DNA from: an uncultured Spirochaetales bacterium
Lineage (GTDB): Bacteria; Spirochaetota; Spirochaetia; Sphaerochaetales; Sphaerochaetaceae
Length of the DNA stretch: 64,000 bases
Reading direction: 5' to 3'
NCBI GenBank assembly: GCA_949287505.1
Contig: CASEGX010000010.1
Coordinates: 3,297-67,296 of the forward strand
Part shown: in pieces, positions 36,185-46,358 of the stretch
Layout: the number at the start of each line of letters is the position of its first letter
Position numbering within the stretch: the first letter of the stretch is position 1
Position numbers and translations under genes: made by a program
Notes under the pieces: model-generated
Told to the model about the DNA's origin: nothing
The model's database searches: none
Seen by the model: the letters and a program-made list of their open reading frames with translations, nothing else

Positions 36185-37383
36185 TTCTCCTCTCCGACAA
36201 ACTGGAAACCTGCAGCCGAGAGCTTGTCCTTTATTTCCTTGATATGCTCGAAATTCCTGGTTTCCATGGAAACACGGAGCGTGCAGTTGTTCAGATACTT
36301 CTCATTTCCTGTCTTGTCATGGTGTACACCTACAACATTTGCCCCGGATGCGGCAATGATTGATGAAACCTCGACAAGCTGTCCCGGCTTATCCATCAGT
36401 TCCACAGTGATGTCAGCAAGACGGCCCTCCTTTATAAGAGCCCTGTTTATGACACGGGAAAGAATCGTAACATCGATGTTTCCTCCCGATACAAGGCACA
36501 CGGTCTTACCATTAAGAGGGACTTTATGGAAAAGCGCAGCAGCTACAGCAACAGCCCCGGCACCTTCCGAGACAAGCTTCTGCTTTTCCATAAGATCAAG
36601 AATGGCAACTGCTGTCTCATCATCGGAGACAGTCACAACATCATCAACATATTTCTCACAGAGCGAATATGTGAGATCTCCAGGACATTTAACAGCAATG
36701 CCATCGGAAATCGTGGAAACGGACGGCAGCGATTCTATTTTATGATCGTGAAGAGAATCAACCATGGAAGGAGCCCCAGATGACTGCACACCATAGACCT
36801 TCACACCGGGTTTAAGCATCTTGACGGTGAATGCAACCCCTGCAATGAGGCCGCCACCTCCGACAGGGACGATTATTGAATCGACATCGGAAAGCTGCTG
36901 CAGAATCTCAAGCCCTATGGTACCCTGCCCTGCGATGACATCCGGGTCATTGAACGGATGGATCATCGTACGTCCTGTTTCCTCCATGATCTCAAGAGCA
37001 CGGTTATATGCATCATCATAAACGCCTTTGACAAGCTCAACTCTCGCCCCATAGGCACGGGTAGCCTCGACCTTGGAAATAGGAGCACCTTCTGGAATGC
37101 ATATGATGGCATCAATACCCTGTCTGGAAGCCGCAAGAGCAACACCCTGGGCATGGTTGCCTGCAGAGCATGCAATTACGCCTTTCTTCTTCTGCTCATC
37201 TGTCAGGCGTGAAATCTTGTAATATGCGCCACGGACCTTGAAGGAACCTGTGGTCTGCAGATTCTCGGTCTTCAGATAGACCTCATCGGACGGAAACATG
37301 CGAGGTGCCCTGATAAGATCCGTGACCCTCGCCACATCCTTAAGTGCAAAGGATGCCTGATACACTGTGTCTAAAGTCAGCAT
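36181..37383 (-). CDS. ilvA: threonine ammonia-lyase (PLP-dependent, with C-terminal ACT-like domain)
   Basis: PLP lysine motif TGSFKVRGAYYK and GGGGLIAG, over 400 aa. Confidence 0.88.
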   Translation of the reverse strand: MLTLDTVYQASFALKDVARVTDLIRAPRMFPSDEVYLKTENLQTTGSFKVRGAYYKISRLTDEQKKKGVIACSAGNHAQGVALAASRQGIDAIICIPEGAPISKVEATRAYGARVELVKGVYDDAYNRALEIMEETGRTMIHPFNDPDVIAGQGTIGLEILQQLSDVDSIIVPVGGGGLIAGVAFTVKMLKPGVKVYGVQSSGAPSMVDSLHDHKIESLPSVSTISDGIAVKCPGDLTYSLCEKYVDDVVTVSDDETAVAILDLMEKQKLVSEGAGAVAVAAALFHKVPLNGKTVCLVSGGNIDVTILSRVINRALIKEGRLADITVELMDKPGQLVEVSSIIAASGANVVGVHHDKTGNEKYLNNCTLRVSMETRNFEHIKEIKDKLSAAGFQFVGEEK

Positions 37384-37501
37384 GGATTAATAATACGTAT
37401 TCCGTTCAGGCATGTCACGGGTGGAGAACAATCAAGCAGACTGATTTTCATATAGCAAATGAACACACGGACGATTATAATCGTACAAAAAGGGGACAGG
37501 G

Positions 37502-38089
37502 ATGAGGGATAATGACGAACAGCCATCAGTAAGCTTCGTGTCAAGAAGATCGGAAGAGACGAAAAAGAACCTGTGCAGGTCCTTGAAAAAGCTTCTTGGC
37601 ACGGGAAATCATAAGGAAATAGATATCGCCATGATTGCAAGGGAATCCGGAATCACCCGGAAAAGCTTTTACTACCATTTCTCCTGCCGTGACGAACTGA
37701 TGATATATGCGCTTGAACTCGACATAAAGAGAATCAGGGAAAAGATTGAGAACGGTACGGCACAAGGCTGGGATGCGCTGCTGATGACCTGCCGCTACAT
37801 CTATCACGACAAGGCTTTTTATAAGAGCATCGTGAGCCCGGAACTGTTCTATTCAGCAAGCACAAGCATATCTTTGCTGTTTTGCCCGATACTCAGGAAA
37901 TCAGCGGGAGAGATCTTCGGACTATCTGAGGAGAACGAGTGCTGCATGCTTGCCGCGGATTCAATCTGGGGAGCCATCGTGAGATGGATAGCCTCGGAGT
38001 ATCCTGCAGAACCTGACATCTTCCTCGGACGATACAGGAAACAGGCATTGAGCTATGCAAAAGAATGTATAGCACATATGAAAACTTGA
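37502..38089 (+). CDS. TetR-family regulator (DhaS-like)
   Basis: HTH IDIAMIARESGITRKSFYYHF. Confidence 0.8.
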   Translation: MRDNDEQPSVSFVSRRSEETKKNLCRSLKKLLGTGNHKEIDIAMIARESGITRKSFYYHFSCRDELMIYALELDIKRIREKIENGTAQGWDALLMTCRYIYHDKAFYKSIVSPELFYSASTSISLLFCPILRKSAGEIFGLSEENECCMLAADSIWGAIVRWIASEYPAEPDIFLGRYRKQALSYAKECIAHMKT

Positions 38090-38090
38090 A

Positions 38091-38119
38091 GTGACAAGGC
38101 CAAAGTCCGCTCGTATAAT
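38091..38119 (+). promoter_or_regulatory. promoter GTGACA-17 nt-TATAAT for metK
   Basis: The -10 ends 7 nt before ATG 38127 and there is no SD. The track's GTG start at 38091 is the -35 hexamer. Confidence 0.55.
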
Positions 38120-38126
38120 CGGTAGC

Positions 38127-39287
38127 ATGCGTAGATTATTCACATCAGAATCCATCACAAATGGACACCCGGACAAAGTCTGCGACCAGATAGCAGACGG
38201 AATACTTGATGAACTTCTCCGATCAGACCCCCTTTCCCGTTCTGCATGCGAGGTCACGGCAGAACCGGGGGCGTTGCATATCATGGGGGAAATCACATCA
38301 AAAGCAGAAGTGGACTATGAAAGCATCGCACGCCGTGTGATAAGATCCATCGGTTATACCCAAAAAGAGTATGGCTTCGATGACAGCCTCGATATCTCCG
38401 TATCAATACACAAGCAGTCTCCTGATATCGCAATGGGTGTGGATTCATCTTTCGCGGACAGTTCAACACTCGGCGCAGGGGACCAGGGAATGATGTTCGG
38501 CTACGCCTCTGCAGAGACGGATACATATATGCCTCTTGCCCTCTTCCTTGCCCGCAAGCTTGCAATGGCTCTCACAGATGCAAGAAAAAGCAATACGCTG
38601 CCTTATCTCAGACCTGACGGGAAAAGCCAGGTCACCGTTGAGTACGATGGGCGTAAGCCTGTGCGCATCTCCACAGTCGTGCTCTCTGCCCAGCACGATG
38701 AGGACGTGACACTGGAAAGGCTCAGGAAGGATATAAAGGAAGGAATCATCATTCCGTCCCTTCCTCCTGATCTCATAGACAAAGAGACACGATTCTTCAT
38801 CAACCCTACCGGAAGGTTCGTTCTGGGAGGCCCTGCAGCAGACACAGGCCTTACAGGAAGGAAAATCATAGCAGACACATATGGAGGCTATGCGCATCAC
38901 GGAGGTGGAGCATTCTCCGGCAAGGATCCGACAAAGGTTGACCGGAGCGCTGCACTGGCTCTGAGGAATATTGCAAAGACAATCGTAGCAGCAGGAGCCG
39001 CATCGGAATGCGAGATACAGGCGGCATATGCAATAGGTGTCGCAGACCCTGTATCCCTCTCACTCGTCACATATGGAAGCGGGGAACTGGATGAAGAAAC
39101 CATCATCTCCTGGATAAAAAGGCATTATGACCTCAGGCCCAGCGGGATGATAGAATCATTGAATCTCCGCACTCCAATCTATCAGGATTCCGCATCATTC
39201 GGAGCATTTGGCCGCAGCGATGTCATTTTCCCATGGGAGAACATAAACAAGGAAGCGGAAGAGGATCTGAGAGAGCTTCTCAGATAA
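38127..39287 (+). CDS. metK: S-adenosylmethionine synthetase
   Basis: Motifs LFTSESITNGHPDKVCDQIAD, GAGDQGMMFGYA and GGGAFSGKDPTKVDRS. Confidence 0.96.
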   Translation: MRRLFTSESITNGHPDKVCDQIADGILDELLRSDPLSRSACEVTAEPGALHIMGEITSKAEVDYESIARRVIRSIGYTQKEYGFDDSLDISVSIHKQSPDIAMGVDSSFADSSTLGAGDQGMMFGYASAETDTYMPLALFLARKLAMALTDARKSNTLPYLRPDGKSQVTVEYDGRKPVRISTVVLSAQHDEDVTLERLRKDIKEGIIIPSLPPDLIDKETRFFINPTGRFVLGGPAADTGLTGRKIIADTYGGYAHHGGGAFSGKDPTKVDRSAALALRNIAKTIVAAGAASECEIQAAYAIGVADPVSLSLVTYGSGELDEETIISWIKRHYDLRPSGMIESLNLRTPIYQDSASFGAFGRSDVIFPWENINKEAEEDLRELLR

Positions 39288-40103
39288 TCACTCAGCATTC
39301 TCCTTCTTGCTGACCAGTGTTGGCATGAATCTCTTTGCGAACCTTCCATTTCCCCTGCCCTTTATGTAGAAGAATCCTATTATGGAGAAGACAAGGGCAC
39401 CGATGAGGTTCACGAAGAGATCTTTCATTGTGTCGATGAGCCCTATATCCAGATAACCGCCACGTCCGAGATCCTGGCCGTTCACAGATACCTCTGTGAT
39501 TCCCGCTATCGTCACAGCCTTATTTGAATTCGTGGGATCCAGCATCACTGAGTGTATGGAATGCACGATGGTATCCTTCTGCATATCGAGGTTGAAAAGC
39601 ATGTCCGCAGAGAACTCGAAGAATTCCCAGATTACCCCTATCGTCATCGAGAAGCAGAAAGATGCGACAGCGACATAGATAGGAGAAAGATAGAGCTTAG
39701 TGTTCTCATTGCGGTTTATTATATCCACAAGAGAGAAGCCAACAGCGGCGGAAAGGAAGCCTGTTATCGTGTGCAATGCCGTATCCCAGCCCGGAACCTT
39801 GACATAGAACGCACGAATCTCTCCCAGAATCTCCGCGGCATATATGAACACGAGGATGATCACCTCAAGCGTGTTGGGAATATCTATATGCCAGTTCTTC
39901 TCTATGAAAGATGGGACTGTGAACAGGAACAGCGTGAATACGCAGAGTGCGGCGTTCTGCCAGTCCTTGTTGAGTATCTGGGCAATCATAACAAGGATGA
40001 TTGAGGTTCTTAAAAGGATATAAACGGCAAAAAGCCCCGGCTCCTTCCTGATCTGCTCCTTCAATGAAAGAGTATGGATCCGTCTCTGTTTCTTTCTGGT
40101 CAT
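39288..40103 (-). CDS. multi-pass membrane protein, unknown function
   Basis: 271-aa ORF with 6 or more hydrophobic segments. Its stop abuts the metK stop with no intergenic gap. Confidence 0.6.
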   Translation of the reverse strand: MTRKKQRRIHTLSLKEQIRKEPGLFAVYILLRTSIILVMIAQILNKDWQNAALCVFTLFLFTVPSFIEKNWHIDIPNTLEVIILVFIYAAEILGEIRAFYVKVPGWDTALHTITGFLSAAVGFSLVDIINRNENTKLYLSPIYVAVASFCFSMTIGVIWEFFEFSADMLFNLDMQKDTIVHSIHSVMLDPTNSNKAVTIAGITEVSVNGQDLGRGGYLDIGLIDTMKDLFVNLIGALVFSIIGFFYIKGRGNGRFAKRFMPTLVSKKENAE

Positions 40104-40174
40104 AAGTGAAGATTATCAGGAAAGAGGACTCTTTGCACCATACGGGCAAATGGCTATTATCATAGTGGAGGTTT

Positions 40175-41491
40175 ATGATGGACCCGATTACTGGATACAG
40201 GGCATTTCTAGACAATGGAAAGACAGAAAGGGAATGCATCAAGGAAATAATAAAAAGCGCGGAGGCGAAAGGATACAGGAACATAGAGTCCGTAGAATCG
40301 CTGAAAACCGGCGACAAGGTTTACTATGTGCAGTATTCCAAGTCCATAGCTCTCTTTCAGATCGGCTCTGAGCCGATTGAGAATGGCATGAACATACTCG
40401 GTGCGCATATAGATTCACCGCGCCTTGATGTGAAGATGAATCCTCTTTATGAGAATGATGGGATTGTATATCTGGATACTCATTACTATGGCGGTATAAA
40501 GAAATACCAGTGGGTGACGCTCCCTCTTGCAATACATGGCGTTGTGGTGAAGAAAGACGGAACGAAAAGTGAAATCTGCATCGGAGAGGATGATGAGATG
40601 ACATTCTGCATTTCCGACATCCTTCCGCATATGGCACAGGAGCAGATGAAGAAAACCGCTTCCGAGTTCATCCCCGGAGAGGATCTCGATCTCATCATCG
40701 GTCTCAATGAGGAGAAAGGAGAAGGCTCGAAGGACAAGGGCAAGGAGAGAATACTGTCATTGCTTTCCTCAATAGCAGGAATTGATGAGAAGGATTTCCA
40801 GAGCGCAGAGCTTGAAATCGTGCCTGCAGGAAAGTCAAAGATGCTCGGCCTCGACAAGACCATGATCCTCGCGTACGGACAGGATGACAGGGTATGTGCC
40901 TACACTTCCCTCCTCGCCCTTCTGGATACGGAGAATGCGAAACGCACATCCTGCTGCATTCTTGTGGACAAGGAGGAAATCGGATCTGTAGGCGCGACAG
41001 GCATGGACAGCACATTCCTTGAGAATGCTGTTTCAGAGGTCATAGCAAGGCTCTCCGGTTATGATGGACTGAAGCTGAGACGGACGATGAGGAACTCAAT
41101 CATGCTCTCAAGTGATGTGAATGCCGCATATGATCCACTCAATGCATCACTTTATGACAAGAAGAATGCCTCCACTCTCGGTGGCGGTGTGGTGTTCAAC
41201 AAATACACAGGATCGCACGGAAAGTCCGGAGCATCCGATGCAAATGCAGAGTTCATTGCAACCCTTAGAAAAGCCATGGATGAAGGCAGTGTGGTTTACC
41301 AGATGTCCGAGATGGGCAAGGTAGATACAGGCGGCGGCGGAACGATTGCAAAGTTCGCAGCTTATTATGGCATGCAGGTAATAGACTGTGGCGTCGCAGT
41401 GCTGTCAATGCATTCTCCATGGGAAATAACAGCTGTCAGCGATGTGCTATCAGCACTTGCATGCTACAAGGCATTCCTCAGCATCGAATAA
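40175..41491 (+). CDS. M18-family aminopeptidase
   Basis: Sequence GAHIDSPRLDVK, a DKEEIGS-type metal ligand region and SMHSPWE. GGAGG lies upstream. Confidence 0.85.
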   Translation: MMDPITGYRAFLDNGKTERECIKEIIKSAEAKGYRNIESVESLKTGDKVYYVQYSKSIALFQIGSEPIENGMNILGAHIDSPRLDVKMNPLYENDGIVYLDTHYYGGIKKYQWVTLPLAIHGVVVKKDGTKSEICIGEDDEMTFCISDILPHMAQEQMKKTASEFIPGEDLDLIIGLNEEKGEGSKDKGKERILSLLSSIAGIDEKDFQSAELEIVPAGKSKMLGLDKTMILAYGQDDRVCAYTSLLALLDTENAKRTSCCILVDKEEIGSVGATGMDSTFLENAVSEVIARLSGYDGLKLRRTMRNSIMLSSDVNAAYDPLNASLYDKKNASTLGGGVVFNKYTGSHGKSGASDANAEFIATLRKAMDEGSVVYQMSEMGKVDTGGGGTIAKFAAYYGMQVIDCGVAVLSMHSPWEITAVSDVLSALACYKAFLSIE

Positions 41492-42002
41492 GACGCACAG
41501 AGGAAAGCTCTGTATACACCATGTGTCCCTCTCCTCTTTCAGAGAGCATGAGGGACACAGAGCTTACAGGAGCATCAATCGGCTCTATTCTTCCCGCCTT
41601 TGATGCCGTGACAACCCTTCGGCCAAGGGTTATATGGGGCCGGAACTTTCTCTTCTCAAGGGAGAAACCGCGCTTTGAGAGTTCGGAAGAGAGGGAAGAA
41701 TGAAGGCGGAGAAGATCCTTGCTCTCCTCTGCCCCTACCCACCAGATATCACCATCGGGTCTGGAAAAGAATCCTAGCCTGTTCATCCGTATACTGAATG
41801 CATCGGCGCCCAGTGCTTCAAGCGCTTCAGATGCAAGCCGGCTTTCTCCCTGATTGCATTCGCCGAGGAATTCCAGTGTCAGATGGAGGTTGTCCCTAGG
41901 AACGAAGGAACCGGAGACAGCCTCATCATGAAGTGTGTCACGAAGACTCACAAGTCTATCCACGACATTATCTGGAAAGAGTACTGCTATGAAAAGCCTC
42001 AT
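41478..42002 (-). CDS. thpR: RNA 2',3'-cyclic phosphodiesterase (2H family)
   Basis: Two H-x-T/S-x motifs (HLTLEFLG and HITLGR). An ATGA overlap joins it to the upstream transporter stop. Confidence 0.88.
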   Translation of the reverse strand: MRLFIAVLFPDNVVDRLVSLRDTLHDEAVSGSFVPRDNLHLTLEFLGECNQGESRLASEALEALGADAFSIRMNRLGFFSRPDGDIWWVGAEESKDLLRLHSSLSSELSKRGFSLEKRKFRPHITLGRRVVTASKAGRIEPIDAPVSSVSLMLSERGEGHMVYTELSSVRLIRC

Positions 42003-43468
42003 GACTTCTCTTTTGCCTCTACCTTCTTCCTGTCATTCTCAGAAAGGAACGCTGACGGAGCCGGTTCAATTCCCAGCTTCCACTCTATTGCGTTGACTAT
42101 GAAGAATGTGACAGTGCCGACTGCACAGCCAAAGACAACAGGAAGGACGCCGAGATAGAAATCACCACCGGAGAGAATCTGCCATACAACGACACCGATC
42201 GTACCGGTTATGATGGAAATCTGTCCGGAATGCTTGGTAGCACGAGGAACGATCATACCCAGTCCATATGCCGCGAAAGGACCGGCACAGCGGATTGCGA
42301 AGGCAAAGGTGTTCATCGTGACGATGTTTATCTGCATGAGTGATATGAACATTGCAATCGCACAGAATATGACATTGCATGTCCTGGTCCAGAAGATCAC
42401 GGCTTTATCAGAGAGATTCCTGCACTTCTCGCTGTAATGGATCATGATGTCATTCATGAACATCGTTGACATACAGAGAAGATTCGAGTCTGCAGATGAC
42501 ATTGTCGCAGATATGATTGCAGCAGAGACAATACCAGTAACTACAGTAGGTGCGAACTGCTCTGTGACAGCCATCATCGCCGTAGCTCCCGTAATTCCCG
42601 GAATCTGATCCTTGAGGGCAAGAGCCGCAAGGCCGAGAAGTGTCGGGAATACTGCCATTGCAGCCATGAGCACACCAGAGAGAAGAGAAGCCCTGAATGC
42701 TGTCTTCTCATCCTTTGCGCTCTCAAAACGGCTTATCATCTCAGGGCCTGAGAGGAATGTGCAGAAGTAATTGAAGATATAACCGATTATGACAACCCAG
42801 CCTATCTTCGTAGGATCAAGCTGCTCTCCGGGAAGCTTTGCAGATATTGCTTCCCAGCCACCACAGCCATGCAGGACAATCGGGGTCGCTATCGCAAGAC
42901 CGAAGAGGATGATGATGAACTGGACAAGATCGGAAACCTGGTCAGCTATCATACCTCCAAGCGTTGTATAAAGTATGATGATTATTCCCGCGATAATGAG
43001 ACAGACATTCATCGGTATACCTGTCAGCGTTGCGACAACCGATCCGGATGCTGCGACCTGAGAAGAAGTGAGGCAGAAAAGAGCAAGGATATTGAGAACT
43101 GCAGAGAAAACCGAACTGCCTTTACCGAAACGTCTTCCAATTACCTCTGGAATTGTAACTGCCATGGTTTTCCTGATACGAGGAGCAAAGTACGCAAGGG
43201 GAATCATCGCAAGCGAAGCTGCGAGAACATACCAGATTGCGCTCATTCCCCATGAACCGAAGGCTTTATCCGCAAGGCCAGTTGTAGAACCTCCTCCGAT
43301 GTTGTTGGCAGAGAGCGAGAACGCAACCATGAACAGTCCCATTCTCCTGCCAGCCAGCATGTAGTCACTGCTGGTCTTGATCTTGAGCTTTCCGACTATG
43401 AATCCGATTACAAGCATTCCTATCAGATAGAACGCCACAATGATGAGAGCACCAGAGTTTATCTCCAT
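41999..43468 (-). CDS. sodium:solute symporter (SSS) family transporter
   Basis: Polytopic protein. AAGGAG lies 5 nt before ATG 43468. The track's GTG at 43501 is less likely. Confidence 0.85.
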   Translation of the reverse strand: MEINSGALIIVAFYLIGMLVIGFIVGKLKIKTSSDYMLAGRRMGLFMVAFSLSANNIGGGSTTGLADKAFGSWGMSAIWYVLAASLAMIPLAYFAPRIRKTMAVTIPEVIGRRFGKGSSVFSAVLNILALFCLTSSQVAASGSVVATLTGIPMNVCLIIAGIIIILYTTLGGMIADQVSDLVQFIIILFGLAIATPIVLHGCGGWEAISAKLPGEQLDPTKIGWVVIIGYIFNYFCTFLSGPEMISRFESAKDEKTAFRASLLSGVLMAAMAVFPTLLGLAALALKDQIPGITGATAMMAVTEQFAPTVVTGIVSAAIISATMSSADSNLLCMSTMFMNDIMIHYSEKCRNLSDKAVIFWTRTCNVIFCAIAMFISLMQINIVTMNTFAFAIRCAGPFAAYGLGMIVPRATKHSGQISIITGTIGVVVWQILSGGDFYLGVLPVVFGCAVGTVTFFIVNAIEWKLGIEPAPSAFLSENDRKKVEAKEKS

Positions 43469-43537
43469 AGAATCTCCTTTTTGCAGAATTATATCATACA
43501 CTTTTATGAATTGACGGGGCCGGATAAAAGGAGTACC

Positions 43538-43560
43538 TTATTGATAACGATTATCAATAA
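43538..43560. promoter_or_regulatory. perfect inverted repeat TTATTGATAA-CGA-TTATCAATAA, Fur/PerR-type box
   Basis: The inner 15-mer TGATAACGATTATCA has one mismatch to the 7-1-7 Fur consensus TGATAAT-N-ATTATCA. It lies between a TTGACG -35 (43511-43516) and the rubredoxin RBS. Confidence 0.6.
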
Positions 43561-43572
43561 TGGAGGCTCAAA

Positions 43573-43731
43573 ATGAAGAAGTACATCTGCAATCTCTGCG
43601 GATATGTTTATGATGAGGCTGCAGGCGATCCGGATAACGGAATTGCTCCAGGAACAAAGTGGGAAGACGTGCCAGAGGATTGGGTATGCCCTCTCTGCGG
43701 TGCAGGAAAAGAAGAATTCTCAGAGGCCTGA
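43573..43731 (+). CDS. rubredoxin
   Basis: My own translation gives [52 protein letters not shown] (52 aa, two CxxCG knuckles). GGAGG lies upstream. It is below the ORF-track cutoff. Confidence 0.93.
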   Translation: MKKYICNLCGYVYDEAAGDPDNGIAPGTKWEDVPEDWVCPLCGAGKEEFSEA

Positions 43732-43739
43732 GAAATAAC

Positions 43740-43760
43740 GGGGACTGATGATCAGTCCCC
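43740..43760. terminator. bidirectional terminator between rubredoxin and glnN
   Basis: GGGGACTGA-tga-TCAGTCCCC, with T-rich runs on both strands. Confidence 0.65.
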
Positions 43761-43768
43761 ATTCTTAT

Positions 43769-45853
43769 TCATACGTAGAACAACATCTCACCATATGTAG
43801 GATACGGCCAGTATTTCTGACCTACTATGAGCTCAAGCGCATCGCAGTAAGACCTGACATCATCCATAAGAGGAAGTATGGAATTCCTGTAGTAATGAGC
43901 AAGCGATGCACCTGAATAATCTGCGGCAAGCGCAACCCCCTTCTCCAGTTCCTTCACAGCCTTATAAAGATAATTCTCAAGCCCCTCAACCTCTGCAAGC
44001 CTCTCATTCTCTGCATCCGTCTTCATCTCCGGCATCGCGCTCCGCTTGTAGCTGATACCTTTTGCAATCTCGCCTGAGAAATCCATTACAGCTGGCAGCA
44101 CCTGCCTGTTGATCATATCTATCATTGTCAGGGCCTCGATATGGATTGTCTTCGAGTACTCATCATTGAGAATCTCATAGCGGGAATGGAGCTCAACAGA
44201 GCTGTAAATGCCGAATTCATTGAAAAGCTCGATGTTCTTCGGAGAAAGGAGCGTATCATAAGCCTCCGGAGAAGATGAGAGGTTCAGAAGTCCCCTTCTC
44301 TCTGCTTCAGCAACCCATTCAGAAGAGTAGTTGTTTCCGTTGAAAACAATGCGTCTGTGTGCAATGTATGTGTCGCGGACAAGATCATTGACGGCGCTGG
44401 TGAAGTCTGAAGCAACGGAAAGGATGCCATAGAATTCTTTCAGTTCCTTGGCAACGATTGTATTGAGTACTGTGTTTGGCTCTGCAACGGAGAATGAGGA
44501 GCCCAGCATCCTGAACTCGAACTTGTTTCCTGTGAATGCGAACGGACTTGTCCTGTTACGGTCAGTCGTATCCTTCGGAATTGCCGGAAGCACATGCACT
44601 CCAAGCTGCATCTTCTCCTTCGTCCTTCCTGTAACAGGTTTTCCTTCTGCTATTGCATCAAGGATTTCAGTAAGCTCATCGCCGAGGAAGACGGAGACGA
44701 TGGCAGGAGGTGCCTCATTAGCGCCAAGCCTGTGATCATTGCCAGCCGATGCAATCGACATTCTCAAAAGATCCTGATACTCATCGACAGCCTTAAGCAC
44801 AGCTACGAGGAAAAGCAGGAACTGCGCATTGTCTTTCGGGCTGTCTCCCGGCTCAAGGAGGTTCGTGCCCCTGTCCGTTGAAAGAGACCAGTTATTGTGC
44901 TTTCCGGATCCATTGACACCTGCAAACGGCTTTTCATGAAGAAGACAGGCAAACCCATGGCGTTCTGCGACTTTCTTCATGATCTCCATTGTCAGCTGGT
45001 TGTTGTCAACGGCAATGTTCGTCGTTGTGAATATAGGAGCAAGCTCATGCTGGCACGGAGCTGCTTCATTATGCGATGTCTTGGCATATATGCCGAGTTT
45101 CCAGAGTTCCCTGTCCAGATCCTGCATGTACTCGGAGACTCTTGTACGGAGAGCACCGAAATAGTGATCCTCCATCTCCTGCCCCTTCGGAGCCCTGGCA
45201 CCAAGAAGCGTACGGCCTGTGTAGATAAGATCCTTGCGTCTGGCATAATCGGATTTGTTGATCAGGAAATACTCCTGCTCAGGTCCCACTGTCGTAATGA
45301 CTCTTTTGGCATCGGTGCCGAAGAGCTTTATGATCTTCAGAGCCTCTGTCGATATTGCTTCCATGCTTCTCAGAAGAGGTGTTTTCTTGTCGAGAACCTC
45401 TCCAGAGTATGAGCAGAATGCTGTAGGGATGCAGAGTGTGTCATCCTTGATGAATGCATAGCTTGTAGGATCCCATGCGGTGTATCCTCTCGCTTCAAAT
45501 GTCGCCCTCAGTCCTCCTGAAGGGAAAGAGGAGGCATCCGGTTCGCCTTTTATGAGCTCCTTTCCGGAGAATTCAAGAAGGACCTTACCTCCTTCCATGG
45601 GGGAGATGAACGCCTCATGCTTTTCCGCAGTGATACCGGTCATCGGCTGGAACCAGTGGGTATAATGCGTGCACCCTTTCTCAAGAGCCCATGTCTTCAT
45701 GGCATTGGCAACGGAATTGGCCACATTTATATCCAGATCCTTACCTTCCTCGACAGTACGCTTGAGCGCCTTATATATATCTTTAGGAAGTCTTTCCCTC
45801 ATCACGGCATCGTTGAACACAAGGGAGCCGAAGTAATCTGCTACAGTTTCCAT
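43769..45853 (-). CDS. glnN: type III glutamine synthetase
   Basis: About 694 aa with the GSIII-specific N-terminus (FGSLVFNDAVMRERLPKDIYKAL) and catalytic core. GGAGGAG precedes ATG 45853. Confidence 0.92.
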   Translation of the reverse strand: METVADYFGSLVFNDAVMRERLPKDIYKALKRTVEEGKDLDINVANSVANAMKTWALEKGCTHYTHWFQPMTGITAEKHEAFISPMEGGKVLLEFSGKELIKGEPDASSFPSGGLRATFEARGYTAWDPTSYAFIKDDTLCIPTAFCSYSGEVLDKKTPLLRSMEAISTEALKIIKLFGTDAKRVITTVGPEQEYFLINKSDYARRKDLIYTGRTLLGARAPKGQEMEDHYFGALRTRVSEYMQDLDRELWKLGIYAKTSHNEAAPCQHELAPIFTTTNIAVDNNQLTMEIMKKVAERHGFACLLHEKPFAGVNGSGKHNNWSLSTDRGTNLLEPGDSPKDNAQFLLFLVAVLKAVDEYQDLLRMSIASAGNDHRLGANEAPPAIVSVFLGDELTEILDAIAEGKPVTGRTKEKMQLGVHVLPAIPKDTTDRNRTSPFAFTGNKFEFRMLGSSFSVAEPNTVLNTIVAKELKEFYGILSVASDFTSAVNDLVRDTYIAHRRIVFNGNNYSSEWVAEAERRGLLNLSSSPEAYDTLLSPKNIELFNEFGIYSSVELHSRYEILNDEYSKTIHIEALTMIDMINRQVLPAVMDFSGEIAKGISYKRSAMPEMKTDAENERLAEVEGLENYLYKAVKELEKGVALAADYSGASLAHYYRNSILPLMDDVRSYCDALELIVGQKYWPYPTYGEMLFYV

Positions 45854-45929
45854 ATCTCCTCCAGGAATGCAAACGCATCCCATATGACTGTTTTTTCATA
45901 GCTTAATCAAAAAGAATTAGTCAACAAGT

Positions 45930-46358
45930 CTAACGGAAGAATATTATGACACTTTCTCCGGAGAATACAGAGACGGCCTCGCCTTCTCCTGTATGGCTAC
46001 GGGAGATGGAGACAGAGAATTCCCGTCCGTTCAGCACTCCTTTGAGGTATCCTTCATGCCAGGCCACGGTTGCAGAGAGGTTTCCGAATATGAATTCCAG
46101 GGCATCGTCCCCTTCTCGCTCTATTCTGAGTCCCGCTGGTGGATCGAGAGCAAAGAGGCTCTCGAATTCCTTCCGTCCGTTGCGATCAAGCTTCCACTCC
46201 GTTCCATCGAGAATGTGAATGATATCACGGACATCACCGGGCTCGGTGTTCCCTGAGAAGCTGTGGGCGAGATTGAGAAAGAAGACTGCGATTACCGCGA
46301 CAAGAAGCAGTGATATGGATATGGCAACACCCAGGCGGATCATATTCTTCTCAGGCAT
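45930..46358 (-). CDS. hypothetical N-terminally membrane-anchored protein
   Basis: Single TM helix (IRLGVAISISLLLVAVIAVFFL) followed by a soluble domain of about 100 aa. The start could be 46358 or 46406. Confidence 0.5.
   Translation of the reverse strand: MPEKNMIRLGVAISISLLLVAVIAVFFLNLAHSFSGNTEPGDVRDIIHILDGTEWKLDRNGRKEFESLFALDPPAGLRIEREGDDALEFIFGNLSATVAWHEGYLKGVLNGREFSVSISRSHTGEGEAVSVFSGESVIIFFR

Noticed and set aside
35720-36745. 341-aa plus-strand ORF, together with similar long ORFs at 1100-2035 (+), 6509-7111 (-), 23833-24432 (-), 52751-53356 (-) and 44897-45412 (+).
   Set aside because: All of them lie antisense to genes with strong family motifs (ilvA/HAD, pheS, purA, GH28, response regulator, glnN). 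They have Ser/Pro/Arg-rich shadow-frame composition and no RBS.
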